Positions 38,843 to 52,611 of a stretch of 64,000 nt of DNA are shown here, piece after piece. The stretch's first letter is position 1, and the number at the start of each line of letters is the position of its first letter. Under the pieces are notes generated by a model. That model saw only the letters and a list, made by a program, of their open reading frames with translations. It was not told where the DNA came from and ran no database searches. The stretch is taken from positions 2,790,001 through 2,854,000 of the forward strand of contig NW_025963957.1 of the NCBI RefSeq assembly GCF_023055435.1. Direction: 5' to 3'. Made by a program: the position numbers and the translations under genes. This DNA is from Haliotis rufescens. Taxonomy: Eukaryota.

Positions 38843-39484
38843 AAAACCATCATAATGGCAGCCTGTCTGGCAGACCACTGTTACACAGGATCGCCCCAAA
38901 CAGGCCCTTCAGCTTCCCATTGAATGGACACTGATTGTGTGCCCCTCCATTGTCCACGTGTGAGGGTCCATGATGTTACAGCGTCTTCTTTAAATATTTC
39001 TGAAGTAAGAGGATGTTTTTTGCGATACAGAGCATCTACCCATGTTCCTCCATCCCTCCATCGCAGTATTCATCTACTTCATGTAGCAGCTGCCGTAGAT
39101 ATTCTGCAATAAGAATATTTATTTGAAAATCATGATTTGTTACTTATTGTTTATTTGTTTATTGTTTAACGGCATATTCTATAACATTCCAGCTATATGA
39201 CGACGTCCTGAAAATAACAGACTGGCGCATACAAATCAGCAACGCTCCCCGCTGTCGGGGTTAGATGAAACAGTCACAAAGCCTGACCACCCGATCCCTT
39301 TTTGTCGCCTCACACAAACAGAACACGTTTGGTGGGAACTACTTTAACCGGATATCCACATGACGTCGCTCTATTCTATTAAGTTCAAAGGGTAGAGAAG
39401 GGACGATCAGAAAGGACTTAACAAAGATAACATCGATGCTGATTACATATGCACAAAGTCAAGTCTTAAAAGACACATCAAAAT

Positions 39485-39670
39485 GGGGGCGGTCGGGTAG
39501 CCTAGTGATTAAAGCATTCGCTCGTCACGCCGATAACCCGGGTTTGATTCCCGACGTGGGAGCAATGTGTAAAGTCCCATTTCTGGTGCCCCGCCACCCC
39601 CCGTGATATTGCTGGAAAATTGCTAAAAGCCGCGTAAAACCATACTCACTCACTCACTCACTCACTCACC
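39485..39670 (+). mobile_element. SINE family A
   Basis: TSD CACATCAAAATG on both sides. Confidence 0.88.
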
Positions 39671-39815
39671 CACATCAAAATGTTAATCTATTTCAACCAT
39701 CATGCATGCACCAACATGACACGCCACTGGGATTTGGGGTAAGAATATATAGGCCCCTTTTCCTATGCTTGTCGTAGGACCTGACTAAAAAGCATCGCGG
39801 GGTCATGATCAGTGA

Positions 39816-39978
39816 GGGGCGGTCGGGTAGCCTAGTGGTAAAAGCGTCCGCTCGTCACGCGAAGACCCGGGTTCGATTCCCGACATGGGTACATTGTGTG
39901 AAGCATCTGGTGTCCCCCGCCGTGATATTGCTTGAATATTGCTAAAAGCGGCGTTAAACTATACTCACTCACTCACTC
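39816..39978 (+). mobile_element. SINE family A nested in a degenerate family B copy
   Basis: TSD TCATGATCAGTGA. Confidence 0.88.
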
Positions 39979-41046
39979 ATGATCAGTGACTTGGTTGACT
40001 GTGTAACATTGAGCCCAAGGCCACGAATCGTTGTTCATTTGCTTTGTTTACCTGGCCCATACTCGATCATATCTTGGCAACGTGATATGGCTGGTATATT
40101 TTTTTAACTGCACAACTACTTGTACGTTGCTCACACCCACGTGAGCCCACGGACGTATGAAAGTCACTCCAGTGTTATACTAGCTGTGTTGTGTGTGTGT
40201 TATTCAAGCCACGCTGTCTACTCCGGCCTACACTGGCTATTGATTACGGATTCTACGAACCGCAAACGTTCCAGGAACTCTAAACTAGGTCATTGATATA
40301 ACACTGACAATTACAACCCTGCAGAATATGACGTAACAAAATACAGTGGCATTGTTATCATACCAATGTAGCGTATGGCGCATTCTCACGCACACACTAG
40401 CTATTGATCTTGTCTAGTAAGCCTGATGTTTGTCTGGTGACATAAACAGCAACAACTCACAGTGAGTGAGTGAGTAGGGTTTTACGCCGCTTTTAGCAAT
40501 ATCACGGCGGGGGACACCAGGAATGGACTTCACAAACAACTCACAGACAATGATCGGCCCGTTAGACGTGTACAACTAGTACTCCTTAAACCCGGTCATT
40601 TTAGACGTTGTTGACGGCGCACTCAGCAGTATTCCAGTATTGTACGGCGACCTGTACATAAACGAGTCTGCACCAGACAATCCAGTGACTGGTATTATCA
40701 GCAACATCCCACGGCGTCGGGGAGCGATAACACACACTCTGACAGGTCACCTGACCACCCAAGGGAGCCTGACCACCCGATCCAGCTAAGGCTGCTTGAG
40801 GAACAATTCAAACCACGTCAGTAAATGCAGTTTCCATAACAGTCAATAGGCAGAAGTACCTGTCCGAGTCCCTCCCACGGCCATGATCTATGTATCAGTA
40901 AATGGAAGTGGTATAAATACATTAAGACAGATGTGTCCGTTGACAATGTTACAGCTGTAAGCTACAAAAAACAATGCGATACCACAATACCATTTTCTTT
41001 GAAGGAAAAAAAGTTTTAGAAATAGATTAAAATTGATACCAGTGCC

Positions 41047-41305
41047 GACCGTGAAGATCTGTGGTAGAATAGGTCTTCAGCAACCCATACTTGCCTTAAA
41101 AGTGACTATGCTTGTCGTAAGAGGCGACTAAAGGGATCGGATAGACAGGCTCGCTGACTTGGTTGATGCATGTCATCGATCCCAATTGCGTGGATCGATG
41201 CTCATGATGTCAATCACTGGATTGTCTGGCCCAGACTCGATTATTTACAGAGCGCCGTCATATAGCTGGAATATTGGTGAGTGCGGCGTTAAACAACAAA
41301 CAAGC
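41047..41305 (+). mobile_element. SINE-like family B
   Basis: TSD ATTGATACCAGTGCCGA. Confidence 0.88.
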
Positions 41306-42703
41306 GAAACGATTGATACCAGTGCCGAGTCATCCCGCTGTTGGCTCCAAAAAACAATGTCAAAACGTGAAAGTGATTGTTCGTTTAATTACCATTCCTT
41401 TTGTGGTTAAACCGGTTATATTAATGGATCCATTCGGTAACGGAGCCGAGTTGCATTATTCCCTTGTCCGAAAAACACGTTTAAATATGCAGTGGGAATT
41501 CTGCCATGCAATCTACTTGTTCGTCGTTAAACCGTCTCTGTGGTGAGCGTCGCCCGGAGAGCAGAAGCTCGGTAGTTCCATCCACTGGAAGTATCATACT
41601 AAAGGACGTTAAAAGACAGTACTTGCTTTTTACCCTATCTGGCGCTCGGTATTAAGGGGATCAATACGGACTGGGCAGATCGGAGTCGGCAGTTTGATCC
41701 ACTGGGCATTCATGATTAGGACATGAATCAACATTGAATACTAGAAGATGAAGTTGTTATTGTTAACACGTACATCAAATATACAGTACACTCAAAACAT
41801 AGCAATGCGTTTGTTATTAGGCTAGGCGATAATTCATAACTACTGTTTCATAACGTCTGTCAAGGATTATCCTTATCTAATAGTTGTTATTGGACTTAAC
41901 GTCACGTCGCATCTTCCTGGCAAACGTAGTATGGTGGTCTTTGGTTGCTGACGATATATATTTTTATTTTGTGTTGTTGAAAAATAGTTTCCTCTTGTAA
42001 ATGGTCTCAAACTAGTTTTAACAGACAAAAAATATGTTGCTAGTTATCGTTGACAGGTCTTAATATATTACTATTAATGTATAACATTTACTTGTTATGC
42101 CATGACTGAACTACTGCCTGGGTTCTTGTGTGCCTTGATCCAAGCTTCAGATATTATGATAATCGAGTAGAGAGCGGGTGCAATAATAAGTCAAGACTGC
42201 ATTAGTTCTCCGATGCATATTGTCATACATCCCAATATGATTAAATCCAAAATTCGGTTGTCCAAACGCTTTCCTTGGATATTAACACACATACCTTGTA
42301 TATGACCATTCATAATGTACATTTAATACACCATGCTAACTTTGTACCGCCACACATAAACATTGATTATTCAGCGTATATTATCAATTTTATTATGAAA
42401 GTATCATGAACCCACTAGCCGCCATAGGTTCGCTTTTTGTCCTATTAGAATGACGCCAAAAGTAGCTGCTACATCAAATAGCACTGTTCTTAAAACAAGT
42501 GGTTCCATCGCCTTTACTCGACTCGTCTACCGTCACTTATGTAAAGAAAGACAAATAATGTGCTAAGTTAGTGATGGAATGGAGATAAAAACGTCTCTTC
42601 AGATACGAAGCTACGACGGCAAGGATGGTCCAACCTATTTATCAGAGGACAAATATATAGGATACACTGCATAATCAAAAATGTGTCGGGAAATGATATA
42701 GAA

Positions 42704-42986
42704 TGAGTGAGTGAGTGAGTTGGGTTTAACGCCGCTATTAACAGTATTCCAGTTATATCGCGGCGTGTCAGCTTAATGTGGGAGGAAAGCCCGAAGTGAT
42801 GCAGGTCTCGGACGTTTACCACTTCGGTGAAACCCACGAGCACGGGTATGGTGCTGACCAACCTAGAAACATAATCGGGGCGAACCTGGATTCGAACCCA
42901 CAATCATAGGTTTCTGGCGTGCCCAAGGGACGCAACTCTGCACAGCGAATCGCGGCGCCTTAGACGACTGGGCCACCCGTGCCCCC
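42704..42986 (-). mobile_element. SINE family C
   Basis: Near-identical to 12062-12343; TSD AATGATATAGAA. Confidence 0.88.
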
Positions 42987-43659
42987 AATGATATAGAAGG
43001 AGACTGAACCATAGTGTGGGGCAATACTATTCCATGTCCTATCGTATATGAAGAATATATACCCGAAGGCCCTGGACTTATTACAACACATGGAATAAGA
43101 ATAAATACCACCATTTCGGATGCAAATATTAACCTTACAATTATATCTCCCACTCAGACTGTGTATTATTCTCTGTGGCAGTAAATAAAGCCACATGTCG
43201 ATCTGGCGTTAACCAAAGTAAAGAAATCGGATACAAATCAGTTAATTTATAAGCTAGAACATACCGAGTAAAGAAGCACTTATAGAACTTACAAATCCAT
43301 AGATACAGACGGATCCAAGAATGGTGGAGCATTAGATCCAAAACTATATCATCAAGAGTACTTAAAGACTACTTAAGCAGAATCAAACAGCTCTCAAATA
43401 TATAAACGCTTAATCTAAACATAAAGAGTACGTGATATTTTCTTACTTCCTTTCCAGTCTTCAGGTCATTAAGAATATGTCCCGTTAACATCAACGTCCA
43501 CGTGAAATTACAGAATAATACAATGACCTTGCTACTGGCAAATATGACATTGTCTTTTTCTTTGGTACGAAGCCATGTTGGAATCATTGGTCATCAACAA
43601 ATCTAGGACAACAATTCTAATTTCATACTGCGATAATATGATTAGGTGTAACATCAGAG

Positions 43660-44725
43660 ATCTAATGTAAAAGAAGTGGGACACCCAAGTAGGTATTAAC
43701 AAATTATATCAAATTTGTTAACAACAAACAGGTTACAATTACTTGGGTTGTCAGTCTAGATTTGAAGATGATTTGTAGGAATGCGTACTGTAGACGTTAC
43801 ATTACAAGTTGGTGCGTGTTTGACGTCAGTACAACGTTCGAGGAAGTGTTACAATGCAACTCGAGTGACCACTGATCGTCCGAGAAGTGGACGTCCACGT
43901 GTGACAACACCAGCTGAAGGCCGCTATATTGTGACGTCACATTTACGCAATCGTTTCCTCCCAGCAACTGTTATTGCCTAGACCACTCAAGGAACTCATA
44001 ACAACAGAACCTGTGCTGAAATTGTTCGCATTCGGTTACGACGGCATGGTCTGAGAGCCAGGAGGCCATACCTTGGGGCAGTTCTTACTCAACGTCAACG
44101 TTGAGCGTGAGCTCGTGCATATCTGCGTTGGACTCGAGTACCTGACAGGGTGTGTTCTTTAGTTATGAATCCCGTTTTTCACTCTCCTGAGGTGACGGTC
44201 GACATCGGATGTACAGACGGAGGAGTGAACGTTATGTTGACGCTTGTGCTGGATCTGTAATGGTTTGGGCATCACACGGGACTTCCTGCAGGCTAACCAC
44301 GTGGATGTCATGCTTTGGCCAACCAAAAGTCAGGACATGAATCCAATTTAACATTTGTGGGACTCCTTGACAGACGTGTAAGACAACGTCAGAATCAGCC
44401 TCAGAACATCCCGGAACTTGAAACTGTCTTGTTTGCGGAGTTTTAATAACATTCCACAACAAGAAATGCAGACATTAGTGACGTCAATGAGACGCCGATA
44501 CAGAGCTCTGATTGAAGCAGACGGTGGCTACACACGGTTCTGATAATATGTTACTTTCCACATTAACGTCAGCCACATCGTTCCACGGATGTTTCACTGA
44601 CCGATTTCTGTTAATATCTTCTCACAAAGCAGTGCATGCTATGGACTATTATATGATAGTTTACATGGCAATGAAATATAATTTTGATTTAAAAAAGCCC
44701 GACGTTTCTTTTTTTGTTTAGCATA
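43660..44725 (+). mobile_element. Tc1/mariner DNA transposon remnant
   Basis: TTDRPRSGRPRVTT...RYI HTH linker, FSYESRF (DESRF-like) and WPTKSQDMNPI (WPxxSPDLNPIE-like), with many stops and frameshifts. Boundaries approximate. Confidence 0.85.
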
Positions 44726-44735
44726 GTTATAGTGA

Positions 44736-44897
44736 TTGTGTGAGTTGGTTTTACGCAGCTTTGAGCAATATTCCAGCAATATCACTGCGGGGAACACCAG
44801 AAATGGACTTCACACATTGTACCCATGTCGGGAATCGAACACGGGTCTTAGGCGTGACGAGCGAACGCTTTAATCATTTGACTACCCGACCGCCCCT
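44736..44897 (-). mobile_element. SINE family A
   Basis: Reverse-complement match to 16835-17003. Confidence 0.82.
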
Positions 44898-46860
44898 AGT
44901 ATAGATATAAAGTTGAACGTTTCTTTATTAAGGTATACCTTTGCTTGACAACTACTGTTATGCATGCACGGCTGCTCAAACAACTACATGCTCACACCCA
45001 CTACCCTGTGTTATAGCCCCGCGTTGGCTATAGTCCTTTCAATGCCTCAAGATAAATTGTACAAAGGTCAGTGTGAATATATACATTTGTTCGTGTTTGT
45101 TATCTGATATCATATTTTCTAAATTATCCGCCAGAGTTCTTATTGCGAGAAAGATATATCGTGAACGTCTTATTTTATTAGATGCCACTTAGAACAAGGA
45201 TAGGTTTAGAAATAGAAATAGTGAGTTTGAGAATTTAAAAAAAATTCTTTTGTAAACTTGTTGCTTTGGAAATGCAAACAAGAAACATTGAAACGTCATA
45301 GAACAAACCAGATGTCAAAATCCGACTCCCTATGGCGTCACCTAACAACGGGCGTGATAGTGGCCCGTCGTCAAGCAATATGAGGTCGTTATCAAGTTAC
45401 AGTGGTCCGCTCATTTCTGATAACAAGCGGGCGGTTTAATGATAATTCTAACCATTTTAGCTATAAATGTTATTGTCCCACAGATGAGCTGTGTATGGCT
45501 TGTACAAAATGTTGGTGACGAAAAGCTGTTTATATGTATAATTGCGCCAACAGCTAAAGATATTTATATTCAAAACTGGCACCAGTCAATATGTACTTCA
45601 AACTGTTTAACACATTATTCAGATATCAGAGCATCATTTGAAACAGAAATGTACATCACAAAGTTACATGATAAGGCGTTAATTGGGGTGTTTCACAAAT
45701 TTAACTTTAATGTTAATTATATCCGTAAATTATATTGTGTTGATCAGTAAGCTGTCATACGTAGGAATTGTGATTCTGATGAGAATATAAAGTGAATGTA
45801 TTGTTTATTTTTACTTTGTTTACACATTTACGAATATATATTTACCCAATCTCAGATGTACCAATGGTTACAGACAATGGTGAATGTATTAAATTAGAAC
45901 AATATTAACCATATTCACTGTTTAGTTTTGTTTCTTAAACGTGTTCTTTTTATACTAAATGTAGTAAATCTTAATATTTCTTGCAACTATTTCCACATGA
46001 CAAATTGTTCTATGATTTTCATTGTACTGTGAGCCACTTGCCTTTTGCTACTAAATAAAATGTCTGTGTGTCTTTAATTTTATAAGGAAGGTCAAATCTA
46101 ATATGTCTTCTTCACATTTTAGGAAACTGCTCTGAAATACTTATAGCATGAAGCCATACAAATTTGTTTTTCACTGTTCCGCGATAGGGCAGTATTAAGA
46201 GAGCGTCATACGAAGGATGTCATACACTTGCCAAGAGAATTTGTGTGTGTCTATGGCCATGGACACACTTATCCAAACGCAAAATATCTTTTTCAATTGG
46301 CTTTGTGTCTGAATGAGCCCGAAAGACCATATGTTCCTTTCATACGAATAACTTCACATGATCCCTGAACGCCACGTCTCAAATCCAAGACGACTACNNN
46401 NNNNNNNNNNNNNNNNNNNNNNNNNNNNNNNNNNNNNNNNNNNNNNNNNNNNNNNNNNNNNNNNNNNNNNNNNNNNNNNNNNNNNNNNNNNNNNNNNNNN
46501 NNNNNNNNNNNNNNNNNNNNNNNNNNNNNNNNNNNNNNATATGTATGAACAATCCTACTTTCTCATTAACAGATTTTAATTCACATTTCTGCAAACGACA
46601 GACACGTTAAAATCGAAAATATATTTATTTCCCAAATATTATTTAAACTGGCGAAAATGTTAGTTCGTACATCACATATGGTATTGATATCAGTCACAAG
46701 AATTAAATATTGATCAGTTTTTGTACAGTTTTTATAGTCAAACATCCATTATAGTGTTTATAGGTGATTCATATGGCACTGCTGAGAGACCAATCTCGAC
46801 CTTATGACGACCATTTACAATAAAAACATTTGCGAAATAAATACTGGTGTGTTATCAGAT

Positions 46861-47475
46861 TTAAACACAGCATATTCTACAACAGATGTTTTAGGTATGC
46901 CTCCTGAGCTACTGCTTCTCCCCCATCACATCACATTTTAGTCAGCTTCAGACCCGATATGTCCACTTCATGCGTATAGAACACTTCAACCCACACTTTG
47001 TCCTGTTTGAGCGTTTTATATTTGCCCCTTTCCTTCCTCAGAAATACGTTCTGCTCTTCGTCCAGACGAACGAGGTGTTTCCGACAGAAGCGATCCGCTT
47101 CTGAATCACACTCTGTCAGAACCAATGTGACGAAGTGGTTGATACTTTGAGGTGGCTGAAAGAAATCCGCGAAGTACAGCCTGGCTGACTCATCAAAGAC
47201 TCGCTCCAGGGGAACCTTCACTCTGGTGTCTCCAAATGGGAATATAGTTGGTAGATAACCGCCCCACAGCGTCACCCCGAAGAACACACCTTCAAGTGTT
47301 CCGTTTATGGGGCAGTGTGGATTTCCTCCGTTGTCCTTCAATTGTGGTGTCATGATATTGTTTTGAAGTTCGTCGAAATAGTCGCGGGGTTTATTGCGGT
47401 AAAGACCTTTCACTTTGTCCAAATCCCTGCTGGAACAATGCCTTCTGGCCGTCTCGAGTAGTGTTTCAAGATTAT
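46861..47475 (-). CDS. Divergent PHYHIP C-terminal-domain exon, paralog 7 (frameshifted near the 3' end; gene or pseudogene)
   Basis: Acceptor TTGCAG|ATAATCTT at 47475. Frame open through LYRNKP, KDNGG, LYFADFF and VEVFYTHE to a stop at 46931. The homologous GR..SGGIPK and CRICC continue in other frames to 46861. Exon 1 not identified; the contig may be inverted. Confidence 0.75.
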
Positions 47476-48307
47476 CTGCAATAAATAATATTTACCATCA
47501 ATGCATATTAGATGTAAGGGAGAATCTTCCATATTGATTATATCCGCTACAGTTTTTTATGTTACCAGTACAAAATTGCATTCGTGTTTTAAGAAACTAT
47601 TTCTGTTCATCAAGTATACACGACGCAGAATACACAGTAACCCAGACGCTCACACCTAGACTTAGCTCCTCCGCTTGGGGTCGCTGCTCTCAACAACGGG
47701 AACCAGTCGAGCGTAGCTATTAAGCATAGCCAAGTAAAGCTGGCGCGGCGGTATAAGCTCAGGGAAGCAGTATTTTCTAGTGAGCCAGTACTGGATATAC
47801 ATGAACCGCGCCCTGGTTGAATACTGTTGGTAAACTTGTGTATGGTTGCCCCTGGTATTGCCCGCCATCCGCCTGAAGAGCTACCCCAAACTGGGCCACA
47901 TTGGCGGGTGCTGTGTATCTGGCGTACACTCTCCGCCCGAGAACATCCCACAGATGCTCTAACAGATATCAGGGGGCATAGCGGGCCAGTTCAATGTTCA
48001 AGTAGTCGTCTTGGATTTGAGACGTGGCGTTCAGGGATCATGTGAAGTTANNNNNNNNNNNNNNNNNNNNNNNNNNNNNNNNNNNNNNNNNNNNNNNNNN
48101 NNNNNNNNNNNNNNNNNNNNNNNNNNNNNNNNNNNNNNNNNNNNNNNNNNNNNNNNNNNNNNNNNNNNNNNNNNNNNNNNNNNNNNNNNNNNNNNNNNNN
48201 ATTAAACGGTCGATTCCATCATTGACAAAGTAGACAGCAGTATCATATATTCCTACTTGATCTTAAGTCTGCAATATTCATGAGTGGGTGGAGCTTATGT
48301 GAGCTAG

Positions 48308-48431
48308 TTCACCGAAGTGGTAAACGTCTGAGACCTGCATCACTTCGGGCTTTCCTCCCACAACAAGCTGACACGCCGTGATATAACTTGAATACTGTTA
48401 AAAGCGGCGTTTACCCCAACTCACTCACTCA
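48308..48431 (+). mobile_element. SINE family C, 5' truncated
   Basis: TSD TTATGTGAGCTAG (48295-48307 and 48432-48444). Confidence 0.85.
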
Positions 48432-50714
48432 TTATGTGAGCTAGCTGTCTCGGCTGTCATTGCGTGATACGATGTTTCACTCACAATTTGCACAATCAGG
48501 TATACAACATGTAGTTTATGTGTTTTTGAAGATTGTGCTGTACTGTATTTGCGAGCCTCGACTTCGGACAGATTGAAAGTTACGCGAATTAGTAGCCCTA
48601 ATCGAAACATTGACATGTTTTTGCTATTATTTTTATACCCAACACAGTAAAAACTTCTTGTCATCAAACTCTATACTTATACAATAGATCTTTCTCTATT
48701 TGTTATATGCAAAGGTAAGGCAATCTCTGCGTATGGCAAAAGTAGATCAACTACAAGATATTTTTCAACTATATTTTTTAATTTCAGAAACCCTGATAAG
48801 ATTCCAGGGAGTGGTTTAACATGTTGTCCCAGAAAAAGAGTTAACATACTTATGATATAAATATATATACTAAAATCCAAATGGCGCCTAGAACTGTGTT
48901 TATTAATCAGGCCCAGGGCTGAGGCAATTAGGACTTGCCAAATCATTCTAGACTTGAGTTGGTTTCCTTTCTCAATATCTTCTTATGTTCAGGAATGTGC
49001 AATCCTCTTTCTGGATAAAAAATAACCATATGAACAGAGATTCTGATTGTTTCCCCACTTTCATCCACACATCCACACAACACTTTCATTCATTCTGTAC
49101 TACATGTAGAATATATAACAAAACTGAAGCAAAAACTATTACATACAATTCCAGGTATTCAAGTGACACAATTTTTATCCTCAAACAATATATGATGTGA
49201 TGCCCTATTTGTATAAAATCTGTTTGGATATTTTTTTTCAAATTCAATTTACACTTATAAATTAAACATTTGGTAAATAACAAATTAAGATGAATTACAT
49301 GATCAGTAATAGTATTTTGCCTTATTCCAGATAATACAAACTGATTATCCAGTTTGATACAAACACATGTGAGCAGCTATATGTTACCCAAGACGTAAGA
49401 ACTGTCGAAAAGAACAAGAAAACATGTAACATAGTTTCTTCTCTAGCAAGACATAAACTGCATTAATTATGATCTGACATTTTCATCAGAAATAAAAACA
49501 AATTTGTTGGTATTAATCATAGCTAGCCAGTATATTTGAGAATTTCACAAAGGTGTAAGATAGCAAGTGCATTGTCAAAGCTGAATCAACCATTAAGGCA
49601 AGAGTGAGTGTCCTTTCGCAATTCAAAGATCGGTCTCTTTCTAATGACAGACTACTTAAAAGGTACATGACCCTATGACCCCCAGTAACCCTGTAGTTGG
49701 GATGTCACTGTTGCAGAGGATGAAAATAATTGTGTTCTGAGACCTTCTCTTTTATTTCTTGACCGATGAGGCTGAAATTTGGTATGCGTGTTCCTCATAA
49801 TCAAAACCTCTTATTTGTTAAAATCATTGTGATTTTATTTCAAGTTTATTTGTGAACAGTTTTAAAACGAATCAAATCACGAAAAAAGGTTTAAATTGTT
49901 TTGCTCCTGAACCACAAGGAATAGAAAGCTGAAACTGTTTTTGAGAATTATATTCGCCATTAGTTGACGAGTGTTTCAGTGCATCACAGTTGGTAGACAA
50001 CGTCAGTGCCATAAACAATGATGCATCATTATATCTGCGTGTTTGTGTCTGTATGTTTGTGTCTGTATGTTTGTGTCTGACAGGAAAAAAATCAGAGATT
50101 TTGGAGATGCATTTGGTTCCTGGAGCAGATCTCCAGCGTACAAACAATACTAGCGTAAGCTGTGATTATTTATTTATTTATTTATTTATTTCACAAACAT
50201 GCATTAGGCCGGAGTCATATGGTTTCAGAGACTGAGGCTACTGGCTGAGATGTTGTAAACAGTCTACTAAACTTATTGCGTTTTGTTACCACAAAACAAT
50301 ATTGGATATAAGATCTAACATAATAAAACACATAACTTCATTTTGTGTTGATCTTAGAATTCAATTGGGGACCAGGGGAGAGTGGTGACAGGTCATCCGT
50401 TGATGACTCTTGTTTTCAGATGCAGCAGACTTGAATATTCTAGTGCTTTATGTTGATGTTTGTAACCGTATTGGGATTGTTTTTATGGAATTATGAAAGT
50501 TAAGGTTTTTATTTTTTACAAATGGAAAAATTTGAATGGCACAAGAAATACCATAGAAGACGTATACAGGATCATAGTGAGACTTTGTCCGACGCAATTT
50601 AACTGTTTTGTATTGAAACAATGTTACACAATATTTCATAAGACATTCATTGTTGCACATGAAGAAATATTGTTGAAATATGATACTTGATATTATTTGG
50701 TTATTGCTTCCATA

Positions 50715-51430
50715 CTCAATCCTCAATAAAACCTCAATGCTATTTATAATGCCTACAGGGTCTATCATCAGCCCATTAAACCACCACTGTTATTCATAAC
50801 GCCTATGGGGTCTTACTTCATTACCAATAAAACATCACTACTATTTATGCCTATGGGGTCCATCTTCATCCTCAATAAAACATCGCTTCTGTTTATAATG
50901 ATTATGGGGTGCATATTTAACTTCACAAAAACACCACTACTGTTTATAATGCCCATGGGTTCCATCTACATCATAAATAAAACACCACTACTATTTATGC
51001 CTATGAGGGTCCTTCATCAATATCAATAAAACATCACGACTGTTTATGCCTATGAGGGTCCTTCATCAATATCAATAAAACATCACGACTGTTTATAATG
51101 TCTATGGGGTCCATCTTCATCCCCAATAAAACATCACTACAACGTATAATGCCTATGGGGTCTAACTTCATTACCAATAAAACATCACTACAACGTATAA
51201 TGCCTATGGGGTCTAACTTCATTACCAATAAAACATCACTACAACGTATAATGCCTATGGGGTCTAACTTCATTACCAATAAAACATCACTACTCTCTTC
51301 ATCCTCAAGAAAACATCGCTGCTGTTTATAACGCCTATGGGGTCGATCTTCATCCTTCATAAAACATCAATACGCTATATAATGTCTAGATTGGGTCTAT
51401 ATTCACTACAATTTATATTGCCCTTAGGGT
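50715..51430. repeat. ~48-51-bp diverged minisatellite
   Basis: AATAAAACATCAC...ATGCCTATGGGGTC recurs at 51-nt spacing (51125, 51176, 51227, 51278). Confidence 0.9.
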
Positions 51431-51465
51431 TTTTATTCAGCACAAGTATACAATTCTGGTGAGAA

Positions 51466-51698
51466 TATTCAGCAACCAAAGGTTATCGTAAGAGGCGACT
51501 ATATATACTTGACGTAAGAGATGACCAGCAGGATCGGGTGGTCAGACTCGCTGACTTGGCTGATGCTTGTCATCGTATACCAATGGCTTAGATACATGTT
51601 CATGATGGTAATCACCGGATTGTCTGGCCCGAGTCGATTATTTACAGACCGCTGTTATGCAGCTTGAGTGCGCCGAAAAACAACAAGTAAGCAAACAA
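51466..51698 (+). mobile_element. SINE-like family B, diverged
   Basis: CGTAAGAGGCGACTA core and matching 3' tail. Confidence 0.7.
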
Positions 51699-52611
51699 AT
51701 ATCATTAATATTTAGGATGCCTATAGTAAACGGTACTAAACTTAAGAGGTTCCATATGTCTTCGTTCAGATTGAGGTTTTATGTTTGTTTTCGCAAGATG
51801 CTTCAACATTCAGCATCTCAACAACAGTGTTGTTATGACGTACTGGTGTGAATTTTTTTATAGAAAAAATGCATTTTAGAATTATTTTTATTTTTAATAT
51901 ATTCAGCACGTTTCCAGTATTAAATTTCCAGGATCAAATGACAGAAAGAAAGGTGACAATCAAAGATGTTAAATCTCCTACCGTAACATTCTTGCCTAAA
52001 AAATACACAATCTTTCAACACCACTTTGTAATATACAGTTCGCTTTGTTCATTTCACAGGGATTCATTGTTATGATCGTTTTCATATTTAACACAGAAGT
52101 TACAGGTTGTTTAGGTTATAGTGAATGAACCGCAAACAATGGAGTGCCGGCATATGCTGTATGCTGTTACAACTCGGCAGAAGTCCGATGCACTTCCGTG
52201 TTCAGGTGAGATGCAGTGCATACATAAGCCACCCACTTATGAATATTGTAAACTTAAGGCCATTGTAGGTTTAAGGGCACACCATATGACGTGGTCACAT
52301 AAGCTCCGCCCACTCATGAATATTGTAGGCTTAAGACCATTGTAAGTTTAAGGGCACAACACTATGCGGGTATTTTTGTGTTCCAGGAAGTAATATTCTC
52401 CAAATCGGCAGTTGTCTGCTGTCTGCTGTGTGACATCTCGAAAATATGTAAATGATGTAGATATGTAGATGATGGAGAATAGTTACCATGCTTCACTGCG
52501 TCAACAGTATCATGAAATAAACTTCAAGGATTTTTTGTTCGGAAAAAGATACGTAGTCGTCGTTCACCCCAGAAATGTGCTTTGTATCCATCTCTTATTC
52601 CCAAAGAAGGT

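Larger units (their letters stand above)
38247..40884 (-). pseudogene. PHYHIP C-terminal-domain pseudogene, paralog 6
   Basis: Exon 1 40884-40860 (MAVGGTRT+G, CAG|GTACTT). Exon 2 starts at 39103 (EYLRQLL...) and has frameshifts, stops and a SINE inserted at ~38611-38842. Remnants include CPFNGKLKGLF, NTRVTISL, LYFTDF and GQGHTTPGGIRK; the CxxC is lost. Confidence 0.85.

Noticed and set aside
45209-45440. Plus-strand GAAATAGAAA and ATG at 45332 as promoter and exon 1 of an inverted paralog 7
   Set aside because: No strong phase-1 donor and no MAxGG pattern; not supportable without transcripts.
47604-48050. GC-richer block as a solo LTR or coding exon
   Set aside because: Short ORFs with no motifs, and the end is cut by a gap, so the element type cannot be established.
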